This document shows, in pieces, positions 1 through 14,900 of a DNA stretch of 64,000 bases. The DNA is taken from assembly GCA_964016885.1 (NCBI GenBank), contig OZ024742.1:313224001-313288000 (forward strand), read 5' to 3'. The stretch's first letter is position 1, and each line of letters begins with the position of its first letter. A model generated the notes under the pieces. It worked only from the letters and a program-made list of their open reading frames with translations. It was not told the origin of the DNA and ran no database searches. The stretch is from Eledone cirrhosa (lineage: Eukaryota). Position numbers and translations under genes: made by a program.

Positions 1-3000
1 CCCACACATACCAGCCTCCGTTGTTGTCCAAGTCACCCACACATACCAGCCTCCCTTGTTGTCCAAGTCACCCATACATACCAGCCTCCCTTGTCCAAGT
101 CACCCACGTATAGCAGCCTCCGTTGTTGTCCAAGTCACCCACACATACCAGCCTCCCTTGTTGTCCAGGTCACCCACACATACCAGCCTCCCTTGTTGTC
201 CAAGGCACCCACAAATACCAGCCTCCGTTGTTGTCCAAGTCACCCACACATACCAGCCTCCCTTGTCCAAGTCACCCACACATACCAGCCTCCGTTGTTG
301 TCCAAGTCACCCTCACATACCAGCCTCCCTTGTCCAAGTCACCCACACATACCAGCCTCCGTTGTTGTCCAAGTCACCCACACATACCAGCCTCCGTTGT
401 TGTCCAAGTCACCCATACATACCAGCCTCCCTTGTCCAAGTCACCCACGCATAGCAGCCTCCGTTGTTGTCCAAGTCACCCACACATACCAGCCTCCCTT
501 GTTGTCCAAGTCACCCACACATACCAGCCTCCGTTGTTGTCCAAGTCACCCACACATACCAGCCTCCGTTGTTGTCCAAGTCACCCACACATACCAGCCT
601 CCCTTGTCCAAGTCACCCACACATACCAGCCTCCGTTGTTGTCCAAGTCACCCATACATACCAGCCTCCGTTGTTGTCCAAGTCACCCATACATACCAGC
701 CTCCCTTGTCCAAGTCACCCACACATACCAGCCTCCGTTGTTGTCCAAGTCACCCACACATACCAGCCTCCGTTGTTGTCCAAGTCACCCACACATACCA
801 GCCTCCCTTGTCCAAGTCACCCACACATACCAGCCTCCGTTGTTGTCCAAGTCACCCATACATACCAGCCTCCCTTGTCCAAGTCACCCACACATACCAG
901 CCTCCCTTGTTGTCCAAGTCACCCACACATACCAGCCTCCCTTGTTGTCCAAGTCACCCACACATACCAGCCTCCCTTGTTGTCCAAGTCACCCACACAT
1001 ACCAGCCTCCCTTGTTGTCCAAGTCACCCATACATACCAGCCTCCCTTGTCCAAGTCACCCACACATACCAGCCTCCCTTGTCCAAGTCACCCTCACATA
1101 CCAGCCTCCGTTGTTGTCCAAGTCACCCACACATACCAGCCTCCGTTGTTGTCCAAGTCACCCATACATACCAGCCTCCCTTGTCCAAGTCACCCACACA
1201 TACCAGCCTCCCTTGTTGTCCAAGTCACCCACACATACCAGCCTCCGTTTTTGTCCAAGTCACCCACACATACCAGCCTCCCTTGTCCAAGTCACCCACA
1301 CATACCAGCCTCCCTTGTTGTCCAAGTCACCCACACATACCAGCCTCCCTTGTCCAAGTCACCCACACATACCAGCCTCCGTTGTTGTCCAAGTCACCCA
1401 CACGTACCAGCCTCCCTTGTCCAAGTCACCCACAGATACCAGCCTCCCTTGTTGTCCAAGTCACCCACACATACCAGCCTCCGTTGTTGTCCAAGTCACC
1501 CATACATACCAGCCTCCGTTGTTGTCCAAGTCACCCATACATACAAGGCTCCCTTGTCCAAGTCACCCACACATACCAGCCTTCCTTGTTGTCCAAGTCA
1601 CCCACACATACCAGCCTCCGTTGTTGTCCAAGTCACCCACACATACCAGCCTCCCTTGTCCAAGTCACCCACACATACCAGCCTCCGTTGTTGTCCAAGT
1701 CACCCACACATACCAGCCTCCGTTGTTGTCCAAGTCACCCACACATACCAGCCTCCCTTGTTGTCCAAGTCACCCACACATACCAGCCTCCCTTGTTGTC
1801 CAAGTCACCCACACATACCAGCCTCCCTTGTTGTCCAAGTCACCCACACATACCAGCCTCCGTTGTTGTCCAAGTCACCCATACATACCAGCCTCCCTTG
1901 TCCAAGTCACCCACACATACCAGCCTCCGTTGTTGTCCAAGTCACCCACACATACCAGCCTCCGTTGTTGTCCAAGTCACCCACACATACCAGCCTCCGT
2001 TGTTGTCCAAGTCACCCACACATACCAGCCTCCCTTGTCCAAGTCACCCACACATACCAGCCTCCGTTGTTGTCCAAGTCACCCATACATACCAGCCTCC
2101 CTTGTCCAAGTCACCCACACATACCAGCCTCCGTTGTTGTCCAAGTCACCCACACATACCAGCCTCCCTTGTCCAAGTCACCCTCACATACCAGCCTCCC
2201 TTGTCCAAGTCACCCTCACATACCAGCCTCCGTTGTTGTCCAAGTCACCCTCACATACCTGCCTCCCTTGTCCAAGTCACCCACACATACCAGCCTCCCT
2301 TGTTGTCCAAGTCACCCACACATACCAGCCTCCCTTGTTGTCCAAGTCACCCACACATACCAGCCTCCGTTGTTGTCCAAGTCACCCTCACATACCAGCC
2401 TCCCTTGTCCAAGTCACCCTCACATACCAGCCTCCCTTGTCCAAGTCACCCACACATACCAGCCTCCCTTGTTGTCCAAGTCACCCACACATACCAGCCT
2501 CCGTTGTTGTCCAAGTCACCCTCACATACCAGCCTCCCTTGTCCAAGTCACCCTCACATACCAGCCTCCGTTGTTGTCCAAGTCACCCTCACATACCAGC
2601 CTCCCTTGTCCAAGTCACCCACACATACCAGCCTCCCTTGTTGTCCAAGTCACCCACACATACCAGCCTCCGTTGTTGTCCAAGTCACCCTCACATACCA
2701 GCCTCCCTTGTCCAAGTCACCCTCACATACCAGCCTCCGTTGTTGTCCAAGTCACCCTCACATACCAGCCACCCTTGTTGTCCAAGTCACCCACACATAC
2801 CAGCCTCCCCTGTTGTCCAAGTCACCCACACATACCAGCCTCCCTTGTTGTCCAAGTCACCCACACATACCAGCCTCCCTTGTTGTCCAAGTCACCCACA
2901 CATACCAGCCTCCCCTGTTGTCCAAGTCACCCACACATAACAGCCTCCCTTGTTGTCCAAGTCACCCACACATACCAGCCTCCCTTGTCCAAGTCACCCA

Positions 3001-6000
3001 CACATACCAGCCTCCCTTGTTGTCCAAGTCACCCACACATACCAGCCTCCCCTGTTGTCCAAGTCACCCACACATACCAGCCTCCCTTGTTGTCCAAGTC
3101 ACCCACACATACCAGCCTCCCTTGTCCAAGTCACCCTCACATACCAGCCTCCGTTGTTGTCCAAGTCACCCACACATACCAGCCTCCCTTGTTGTCCAAG
3201 TCACCCTCCCATACCAGCCTCCCTTGTTGTCCAAGTCACCCTCACATACCAGCCTCCCTTGTCCAAGTCACCCACACATACCAGCCTCCCTTGTTGTCCA
3301 AGTCACCCACACATACCAGCCTCTCTTGTTGTCCAAGTCACCCACACATACCAGCCTCCCCTGTTGTCCAAGTCACCCACACATACCAGCCTCCCTTGTT
3401 GTCCAAGTCACCCACACATACCAGCTTCCCCTGTTGTCCAAGTCACCCACACATACCAGCCTCCCTTGTTGTCCAAGTCACCCACACATACCAGCCTCCC
3501 TTGTTGTCCAAGTCACCCACACATACCAGCCTCCCTTGTTGTCCAAGTCACCCTAACATACCAGCCTCCCTTGTTGTCCAAGTCACCCACACATACCAGC
3601 CTCCGTTGTTGTCCAAGTCACCCACACATACCAGCCTCCGTTGTTGTCCAAGTCACCCACACATACCAGCCTCCGTTGTTGTCCAAGTCACCCATACATA
3701 CCAGCCTCCCTTGTCCAAGTCACCCACACATACCAGCCTCCGTTGTTGTCCAAGTCACCCACACATACCAGCCTCCGTTGTTGTCCAAGTCACCCATACA
3801 TACCAGCCTCCCTTGTCCAAGTCACCCACACATACCAGCCTCCGTTGTTGTCCAAGTCACCCATACATACCAGCCTCCCTTGTCCAAGTCACCCACACAT
3901 ACCAGCCTCCGTTGTTGTCCAAGTCACCCACACATACCAGCCTCCGTTGTTGTCCAAGTCACCCACACATACCAGCCTCCGTTGTTGTCCAAGTCACCCA
4001 CACATACCAGCCTCCGTTGTTGTCCAAGTCACCCACACATACCAGCCTCCGTTGTTGTCCAAGTCACCCACACATACCAGCCTCCGTTGTTGTCCAAGTC
4101 ACCCATACATACCAGCCTCCCTTGTCCAAGTCACCCACACATACCAGCCTCCGTTGTTGTCCAAGTCACCCACACATACCAGCCTCCCTTGTTGTCCAAG
4201 TCACCCACACATACCAGCCTCCCTTGTTGTCCAAGTCACCCACACATACCAGCCTCCCTTGTTGTCCAAGTCACCCACACATACCAGCCTCCCTTGTTGT
4301 CCAAGTCACCCACACATACCAGCATCCCTTGTTGTCCAAGTCACCCACACATACCAGCATCCCTTGTTGTCCAAGTCACCCTCACATACCAGCCTCCCTT
4401 GTCCAAGTCACCCACACATAACAGCCTCCCTTGTTGTCCAAGTCACCCACACATACCAGCCTCCCTTGTCCAAGTCACCCTCACATACCAGCCTCCCTTG
4501 TCCAAGTCACCCACACATACCAGCCTCCCTTGTTGTCCAAGTCACCCACACATACCAGCCTCCGTTGTTGTCCAAGTCACCCACACATACCAGCCTCCCT
4601 TGTTGTCCAAGTCACCCTCACATACCAGCCTCCCTTGTTGTCCAAGTCACCCACACATACCAGCCTCCGTTGTTGTCCAAGTCACCCACACATACCAGCC
4701 TCCGTTGTTGTCCAAGTCACCCACACATACCAGCCTCCGTTGTTGTCCAAGTCACCCATACATACCAGCCTCCCTTGTCCAAGTCACCCACACATACCAG
4801 CCTCCGTTGTTGTCCAAGTCACCCACACATACCAGCCTCCGTTGTTGTCCAAGTCACCCATACATACCAGCCTCCCTTGTCCAAGTCACCCACACATACC
4901 AGCCTCCGTTGTTGTCCAAGTCACCCATACATACCAGCCTCCCTTGTCCAAGTCACCCACACATACCAGCCTCCGTTGTTGTCCAAGTCACCCACACATA
5001 CCAGCCTCCGTTGTTGTCCAAGTCACCCACACATACCAGCCTCCGTTGTTGTCCAAGTCACCCACACATACCAGCCTCCGTTGTTGTCCAAGTCACCCAC
5101 ACATACCAGCCTCCGTTGTTGTCCAAGTCACCCACACATACCAGCCTCCGTTGTTGTCCAAGTCACCCATACATACCAGCCTCCCTTGTCCAAGTCACCC
5201 ACACATACCAGCCTCCGTTGTTGTCCAAGTCACCCACACATACCAGCCTCCCTTGTTGTCCAAGTCACCCACACATACCAGCCTCCCTTGTTGTCCAAGT
5301 CACCCACACATACCAGCCTCCCTTGTTGTCCAAGTCACCCACACATACCAGCCTCCCTTGTTGTCCAAGTCACCCACACATACCAGCATCCCTTGTTGTC
5401 CAAGTCACCCACACATACCAGCATCCCTTGTTGTCCAAGTCACCCTCACATACCAGCCTCCCTTGTCCAAGTCACCCACACATACCAGCCTCCCTTGTCC
5501 AAGTCACCCACACATACCAGCCTCCCTTGTTGTCCAAGTCACCCACACATACCAGCCTCCCTTGTCCAAGTCACCCACACATACCAGCCTCCGTTGTTGT
5601 CCAAGTCACCCACACGTACCAGCCTCCCTTGTCCAAGTCACCCACAGATACCAGCCTCCCTTGTTGTCCAAGTCACCCACACATACCAGCCTCCGTTGTT
5701 GTCCAAGTCACCCATACATACCAGCCTCCGTTGTTGTCCAAGTCACCCATACATACAAGGCTCCCTTGTCCAAGTCACCCACACATACCAGCCTTCCTTG
5801 TTGTCCAAGTCACCCACACATACCAGCCTCCGTTGTTGTCCAAGTCACCCACACATACCAGCCTCCCTTGTCCAAGTCACCCACACATACCAGCCTCCGT
5901 TGTTGTCCAAGTCACCCACACATACCAGCCTCCGTTGTTGTCCAAGTCACCCACACATACCAGCCTCCCTTGTTGTCCAAGTCACCCACACATACCAGCC

Positions 6001-9000
6001 TCCCTTGTTGTCCAAGTCACCCACACATACCAGCCTCCCTTGTTGTCCAAGTCACCCACACATACCAGCCTCCGTTGTTGTCCAAGTCACCCATACATAC
6101 CAGCCTCCCTTGTCCAAGTCACCCACACATACCAGCCTCCGTTGTTGTCCAAGTCACCCACACATACCAGCCTCCGTTGTTGTCCAAGTCACCCACACAT
6201 ACCAGCCTCCGTTGTTGTCCAAGTCACCCACACATACCAGCCTCCCTTGTCCAAGTCACCCACACATACCAGCCTCCGTTGTTGTCCAAGTCACCCATAC
6301 ATACCAGCCTCCCTTGTCCAAGTCACCCACACATACCAGCCTCCGTTGTTGTCCAAGTCACCCACACATACCAGCCTCCCTTGTCCAAGTCACCCTCACA
6401 TACCAGCCTCCCTTGTCCAAGTCACCCTCACATACCAGCCTCCGTTGTTGTCCAAGTCACCCTCACATACCAGCCTCCCTTGTCCAAGTCACCCACACAT
6501 ACCAGCCTCCCTTGTTGTTCAAGTCACCCACACATACCAGCCTCCCTTGTTGTCCAAGTCACCCACACATACCAGCCTCCGTTGTTGTCCAAGTCACCCT
6601 CACATACCAGCCTCCCTTGTCCAAGTCACCCTCACATACCAGCCTCCCTTGTCCAAGTCACCCACACATACCAGCCTCCCTTGTTGTCCAAGTCACCCAC
6701 ACATACCAGCCTCCGTTGTTGTCCAAGTCACCCTCACATACCAGCCTCCCTTGTCCAAGTCACCCTCACATACCAGCCTCCGTTGTTGTCCAAGTCACCC
6801 TCACATACCAGCCTCCCTTGTCCAAGTCACCCACACATACCAGCCTCCCTTGTTGTCCAAGTCACCCACACATACCAGCCTCCGTTGTTGTCCAAGTCAC
6901 CCTCACATACCAGCCTCCCTTGTCCAAGTCACCCTCACATACCAGCCTCCGTTGTTGTCCAAGTCACCCTCACATACCAGCCACCCTTGTTGTCCAAGTC
7001 ACCCACACATACCAGCCTCCCCTGTTGTCCAAGTCACCCACACATACCAGCCTCCCTTGTTGTCCAAGTCACCCACACATACCAGCCTCCCTTGTTGTCC
7101 AAGTCACCCACACATACCAGCCTCCCCTGTTGTCCAAGTCACCCACACATACCAGCCTCCCTTGTTGTCCAAGTCACCCACACATACCAGCCTCCCTTGT
7201 CCAAGTCACCCACACATACCAGCCTCCCTTGTTGTCCAAGTCACCCACACATACCAGCCTCCCCTGTTGTCCAAGTCACCCACACATACCAGCCTCCCTT
7301 GTTGTCCAAGTCACCCACACATACCAGCCTCCCTTGTCCAAGTCACCCTCACATACCAGCCTCCGTTGTTGTCCAAGTCACCCACACATACCAGCCTCCC
7401 TTGTTGTCCAAGTCACCCTCCCATACCAGCCTCCCTTGTTGTCCAAGTCACCCTCACATACCAGCCTCCCTTGTCCAAGTCACCCACACATACCAGCCTC
7501 CCTTGTTGTCCAAGTCACCCACACATACCAGCCTCCCTTGTTGTCCAAGTCACCCACACATACCAGCCTCCCCTGTTGTCCAAGTCACCCACACATACCA
7601 GCCTCCCTTGTTGTCCAAGTCACCCACACATACCAGCTTCCCCTGTTGTCCAAGTCACCCACACATACCAGCCTCCCTTGTTGTCCAAGTCACCCACACA
7701 TACCAGCCTCCCTTGTTGTCCAAGTCACCCACACATACCAGCCTCCCTTGTTGTCCAAGTCACCCTCACATACCAGCCTGCCTTGTTGTCCAAGTCACCC
7801 ACACATACCAGCCTCCGTTGTTGTCCAAGTCACCCACACATACCAGCCTCCGTTGTTGTCCAAGTCACCCACACATACCAGCCTCCGTTGTTGTCCAAGT
7901 CACCCATACATACCAGCCTCCCTTGTCCAAGTCACCCACACATACCAGCCTCCGTTGTTGTCCAAGTCACCCACACATACCAGCCTCCGTTGTTGTCCAA
8001 GTCACCCATACATACCAGCCTCCCTTGTCCAAGTCACCCACACATACCAGCCTCCGTTGTTGTCCAAGTCACCCATACATACCAGCCTCCCTTGTCCAAG
8101 TCACCCACACATACCAGCCTCCGTTGTTGTCCAAGTCACCCACACATACCAGCCTCCGTTGTTGTCCAAGTCACCCACACATACCAGCCTCCGTTGTTGT
8201 CCAAGTCACCCACACATACCAGCCTCCGTTGTTGTCCAAGTCACCCACACATACCAGCCTCCGTTGTTGTCCAAGTCACCCACACATACCAGCCTCCGTT
8301 GTTGTCCAAGTCACCCATACATACCAGCCTCCCTTGTCCAAGTCACCCACACATACCAGCCTCCGTTGTTGTCCAAGTCACCCACACATACCAGCCTCCC
8401 TTGTTGTCCAAGTCACCCACACATACCAGCCTCCCTTGTTGTCCAAGTCACCCACACATACCAGCCTCCCTTGTTGTCCAAGTCACCCACACATACCAGC
8501 CTCCCTTGTTGTCCAAGTCACCCACACATACCAGCATCCCTTGTTGTCCAAGTCACCCACACATACCAGCATCCCTTGTTGTCCAAGTCACCCTCACATA
8601 CCAGCCTCCCTTGTCCAAGTCACCCACACATAACAGCCTCCCTTGTTGTCCAAGTCACCCACACATACCAGCCTCCCTTGTCCAAGTCACCCTCACATAC
8701 CAGCCTCCCTTGTCCAAGTCACCCACACATACCAGCCTCCCTTGTTGTCCAAGTCACCCACACATACCAGCCTCCCTTGTTGTCCAAGTCACCCACACAT
8801 ACCAGCCTCCCTTGTTGTCCAAGTCACCCTCACATACCAGCCTCCCTTGTTGTCCAAGTCACCCACACATACCAGCCTCCGTTGTTGTCCAAGTCACCCA
8901 CACATACCAGCCTCCGTTGTTGTCCAAGTCACCCACACATACCAGCCTCCGTTGTTGTCCAAGTCACCCATACATACCAGCCTCCCTTGTCCAAGTCACC

Positions 9001-11245
9001 CACACATACCAGCCTCCGTTGTTGTCCAAGTCACCCACACATACCAGCCTCCGTTGTTGTCCAAGTCACCCATACATACCAGCCTCCCTTGTCCAAGTCA
9101 CCCACACATACCAGCCTCCGTTGTTGTCCAAGTCACCCATACATACCAGCCTCCCTTGTTGTCCAAGTCACCCACACATACCAGCCTCCGTTGTTGTCCA
9201 AGTCACCCACACATACCAGCCTCCGTTGTTGTCCAAGTCACCCACACATACCAGCCTCCGTTGTTGTCCAAGTCACCCACACATACCAGCCTCCGTTGTT
9301 GTCCAAGTCACCCACACATACCAGCCTCCGTTGTTGTCCAAGTCACCCACACATACCAGCCTCCGTTGTTGTCCAAGTCACCCATACATACCAGCCTCCC
9401 TTGTCCAAGTCACCCACACATACCAGCCTCCGTTGTTGTCCAAGTCACCCACACATACCAGCCTCCCTTGTTGTCCAAGTCACCCACACATACCAGCCTC
9501 CCTTGTTGTCCAAGTCACCCACACATACCAGCCTCCCTTGTTGTCCAAGTCACCCACACATACCAGCCTCCCTTGTTGTCCAAGTCACCCACACATACCA
9601 GCATCCCTTGTTGTCCAAGTCACCCACACATACCAGCATCCCTTGTTGTCCAAGTCACCCTCACATACCAGCCTCCCTTGTCCAAGTCACCCACACATAA
9701 CAGCCTCCCTTGTTGTCCAAGTCACCCACACATACCAGCCTCCCTTGTCCAAGTCACCCTCACATACCAGCCTCCCTTGTCCAAGTCACCCACACATACC
9801 AGCATCCCTTGTTGTCCAAGTCACCCACACATACCAGCCTCCCTTGTTGTCCAAGTCACCCACACATACCAGCATCCCTTGTTGTCCAAGTTACCCACAC
9901 ATACCAGCCTCCCTTGTCCAAGTCACCCTCACATACCAGCCTCCCTTGTCCAAGTCACCCACACATACCAGCCTCCCTTGTTGTCCAAGTCACCCACACA
10001 TACCAGCCTCCCTTGTTGTCCAAGTCACCCACACATACCAGCCTCCCTTGTCCAAGTCACCCTCACATACCAGCCTCCCTTGTCCAAGTCACCCACACAT
10101 ACCAGCCTCCGTTGTTGTCCAAGTCACCCACACATACCAGCCTCCCTTGTTGTCCAAGTCACCCACACATACCAGCCTCCCCTGTTGTCCAAGTCACCCT
10201 CACATACCAGCCTCCCTTGTTGTCCAAGTCACCCACACATACCAGCCTCCCCTGTTGTCCAAGTCACCCTCACATACCAGCCTCCCTTGTTGTCCAAGTC
10301 ACCCTCACATACCAGCCTCCCTTGTTGTCCAAGTCACCCACACATACCAGCCTCCCTTGTTGTCCAAGTCACCCACACATACCAGCCTCCCCTGTTGTCC
10401 AAGTCACCCACACATACCAGCCTCCCTTGTTGTCCAAGTCACCCACACATACCAGCCTCCCTTGTTGTCCAAGTCACCCACACATACCAGCCTCCGTTGT
10501 TGTCCAAGTCACCCAAACATACCAGCCTCCCTTGTTGTCCAAGTCACCCACACATACCAGCCTCCCCTGTTGTCCAAGTCACCCACACATACCAGCCTCC
10601 CCTGTTGTCCAAGTCACCCACACATACCAGCCTCCCTTGTCCAAGTCACCCACACATACCAGCCTCCGTTGTTGTCCAAGTCACCCACACATACCAGCCT
10701 CCCTTGTCCAAGTCATCCACACATACCAGCCTCCGTTGTTGTCCAAGTCACCCACACATACCAGCCTCCCTTGTTGTCCAAGTCACCCACACATACCAGC
10801 CTCCGTTGTTGTCCAAGTCACCCATACATACCAGCCTCCCTTGTCCAAGTCACCCACACATACCAGCCTCCCCTGTTGTCCAAGTCACCCTCACATACCA
10901 GCCTCCGTTGTTGTCCAAGTTACCCACACATACCAGCCTCCCTTGTCCAAGTCACCCACACATACCAGCCTCCCTTGTCCAAGTCACCCACACATACCAG
11001 CCTCCGTTGTTGTCCAAGTCACCCTCACATACCAGCCTCCCTTGTCCAAGTCACCCACACATACCAGCCTCCCTTGTTGTCCAAGTCACCCACACATACC
11101 AGCCTCCGTTGTTGTCCAAGTCACCCACACATACCAGCCTCCCTTGTCCAAGTCACCCACACATACCAGCCTCCCTTGTTGTCCAAGTCACCCACACATA
11201 CCAGCCTCCCTTGTTGTCCAAGTCACCCACACATACCAGCCTCCC
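1..11245. repeat. Tandem satellite, 35/32-bp monomer (TGTTGTCCAAGTCACCCACACATACCAGCCTCCCT, with or without one TTG); continues beyond the window start
   Basis: Monomer repeated without interruption for 11.2 kb; rare variants recur at 4212-bp and ~1065-bp spacing. Confidence 0.98.
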
Positions 11246-11522
11246 CTCTCCATGTCACCAATGTTGTCCAAGGTAAAGACTATGGCCAATACAGTTTGAC
11301 ACCAGTGACGTCGTAACTCATTTCTACAGCTGAGTAAACTGGAACAACGTGAAATAAAGTGTCTTGCTCAAGGACACCAAACGCATCACCTGGTCAGAGA
11401 ATTGATCTCACAACCTTTCAATTGCAAGTCCAGCCCATGCTAGCATAGGAGATGGACGTTAAACAATGATGATGATGATGATGATGATGATGAATACTCT
11501 AACCACTAAGCCATGCGTCTTC
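11246..11522 (-). mobile_element. tRNA-derived SINE contiguous with the satellite end, interrupted by a ~60-bp RTE 3' tail (11434-11495, + strand)
   Basis: Minus strand has A-box TGGCTTAGTGG, a degenerate B-box and the core CTTGAGCAAGACACTTTATTTCAC..CCAGTTTACTCAGCTGTAGAAATGAG shared with other SINE copies here. Confidence 0.85.
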
Positions 11523-11539
11523 AAAAGAATATATACACA

Positions 11540-11811
<272 letters not shown>

Positions 11812-11989
11812 GAAGGTTAAAAATATATATATATATATATATGATATGAAGGTTAAAAAACATACTTGGAACTCTTTTAACCATCTTTTGATGTTATATT
11901 ATCTATACTCCAGTAATACAAACTGTAGAGTGCTACTTATCCGATATTTGCATTGCTTTATTGTGCCACAATAAAACTCACCTCCTACA

Positions 11990-14900
11990 TATATATATGG
12001 TACTAGAAATGAGGAAGGCTCCAGAATCCTGGAATTCTGTGACACAAATAACCTAACTATCTGTAACACTAACTTCAAAAAACGAGACAATCACTTGATC
12101 ACCTATAGATCGGGGGAACACACAAGCCAGGTAGATTATATACTTACAGGAGACATGACAGAGTGTCTGTTGTAAACACTAAATCCCTCCCCCATGAAGA
12201 GTGCACCTCTCAACATAGACTCATAATTAGCCACCTCATAGTCAGGACGAGACGTACTCGACAACAGAAAAGGACTATCCTCAGGAGAAAAATATGGAAG
12301 TTAAAGGACCCCACAGCCAGTAATAAATTTAAAAGCATATTACTTGATGCTTTTGATAGTAAGGAAGAGCAATTAGAGTTGTACAATATAGAGGAACAGT
12401 GGGAATTCCTGAAAGCTAACCTGCTGAAGGCGACAGATGAAACCTGTGGCTGGAGCAGACCAATAGGCAGGAGGAGAGTAGCTTGGTGGTGGAACAGTAA
12501 GGTGGAGGGGTCAATCAAGGCCAAAAAGCAGGCTTGGAAAGCATGGCGGGATTAGGGAAGTAGAGAAGACTATCAAGTGGCCAGGAGGGAAGCTAGAAGA
12601 CAAGTGTACTTCGCAAGAAGGGAAGCAGAGGAAAGATAGTTCAAGCATGTTCTACAACGCGAGGACCAAAAACGTGAGGTGTTCAGGATTGCTAGGCAAT
12701 GTGTCAAGGAAAACAGTGATATTGTCGGGGAGAAGTGTGTCCTTAATGATGATGGTGTACTTGCCATCACTGACGCTGATAAGAAGGTAGCTTGGAAGTG
12801 TCACTACGAAAGGCTACTAAATGAGGAGAATAATTGGGAGAAAGACAGTCTCCCCCACATCGACCCAATAGAGGGACCAGCAGTGCAAGTTGAAGGTAGT
12901 ATAATAAGTAAGGCGATCAAAGACAGGAAAACGGGCAAGGCGGCCGGGCCTTCGGAAATAGTTGCTGAAATGCTGAAAGCATCTGGAACGGTGGGACACA
13001 CTATGGTCACCCGGATAGTAAACCAAGTCATACAGAATGGGGTCGTTCCGAAGGACTGGCGCAGCAGCATCATCATTAACTGCTACAAGGGTAAAGGTGA
13101 TGCCCTAGATAGGGGAAACTATAGAGGCATTAAATTAATTGACCAGGTTATGAAGGTCACAGAAAAAGTAATAGCGCAACTAATCAGAGAGCGAATTGAT
13201 CTAGACGAAATGCAGTTCGGGTTTGTGTCAGGTAAAAGTACAACAGATGCTCTTTTCATTGTACGACAACTACAGGAGAAGTACCTAGCTAAAAGTAAAC
13301 CCCTATACTTAGCTTTTGTTGACTTGGAGAAAGCCTTTGACAGAGTACCCTGCTCGATTATCTGGTGGGCCCTTAGAAAACTAGGTGTTGATGAATGGCT
13401 TGTGAGAGCTATACAAGCCATGTATAAAGAAACAGTCAGCAAGGTTAGAATTAACAACGAATATAGTGAAGAGTTTAGCGTAAAAGTTGGTGTTCATCAG
13501 GGCTCCGTCTTTAGCCCCTTACTATTTATTATTGCCCTTCAGGCTCTAACAGAGGAGTTCAAGACCGGCTGCCCATGGGAACTCCTATATGCAGATGATC
13601 CAACGCTCATAGCTGAATCAATGGCTGAACTAGAGAAGAAATTCCAAACATGGAAGCATGGCCTAGAATCAAAAGGCCTTAAAGTTAACTTGTCTAAGAC
13701 TAAAGTTCTAGTTTGTAGGAAGGAAAATAGGGCACCGGTCCCATCTGGGAAATGGCTATGCTCAGTGTGTAGGAAAGGAGTAGGCAGAAACTCCATTTTA
13801 TGTCCCAAATGCAAAGTATGGGTACATAAAAGATGTAGTGGGATCACAGGTAAGTTAACTAAGAATATAGATTTTATATGTGGTCGGTGCTCTGGTGCAA
13901 TAAGTAGCAGCAAGTGCCCACGGAATACTAACTCATTCCATTGCACAGATGGTTCTATAGAAATAGTGGACAGCTTCCGTTACCTGGGTGACAAAATCAG
14001 CAGTGGGGGAGGGTGCTCTGAAAGTACAGTAGCTAGAGTCAGAACGGGGTGGAAAAAGTTGAGAGAGCTTATACCACTATTGGCCGCTAAAGGGTTCTCT
14101 CTAAAAATGAAAGGCAGGCTGTATGATGCCTGCATACGAACAGCAATGTTACATGGCAGTGAGACCTGGGCATTGTGTGCAGAGGATATACGCAGACTGG
14201 AGAGAAACGAAGCTTGCATGCTCCGCTGGATGTGTAATAGTAATATACGTAAACGGCAAAGCATAAACGAACTAAGGGAGAAATTAGGAATAAGAGGGAT
14301 CAGATGTTGTTTACTCGAGAGAAGACTACGTTGGTACGGTCACGTGATGCGCATGAAAGATGACAGCTGTATAAAAAGTGCAGGGCGATAAAAATAGATG
14401 GTAGCCACGGAGTAGACAGACCCAGAAAAACCTGGGACAACTTGATAAATTCCGACCTCACACACTTACACCTCTCCAAGACAATGTCACTGGACTGAGA
14501 GCTTTGGCGCTACACAGTTATACAGAAGACCCGCCTTGCCTAAGTACAAAGCGAAACCTACAGTAAGTAGGCACCTCTAACAAAATACACCCCGTCCCAC
14601 TACGCCCACCCCATCCACACCACCCCTTTCAAAATAAATGTGAAGTTATGTTGGTACCACAACATCCAGTCCGAAACAAATGAGGTCGTGTAGGTGTCAC
14701 GACAAAAAAAAACACACAGTCCACGCTTTAATGTGGCCGTGTAGGTAACATGGTAAAAACCACCCAGTACACACTGTAAACGTGGTTAGTGTTGGGAAGG
14801 GCACCCAGCCGTAGAAAACCCGCCAGACGTGTAGGTGTGACGACAAAAAAGCACACAGTCCACGCTGTAATGTGGCCATGTAGGTAACACGGTAAAAACC

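Noticed and set aside
1-11245. CRISPR array (32-35-bp periodicity)
   Set aside because: No unique spacers, no cas genes, eukaryotic context
56-11316. Giant ORFs (up to 2788 aa) as real genes
   Set aside because: Same peptide in all three frames, no ATG starts, pure tandem repeat
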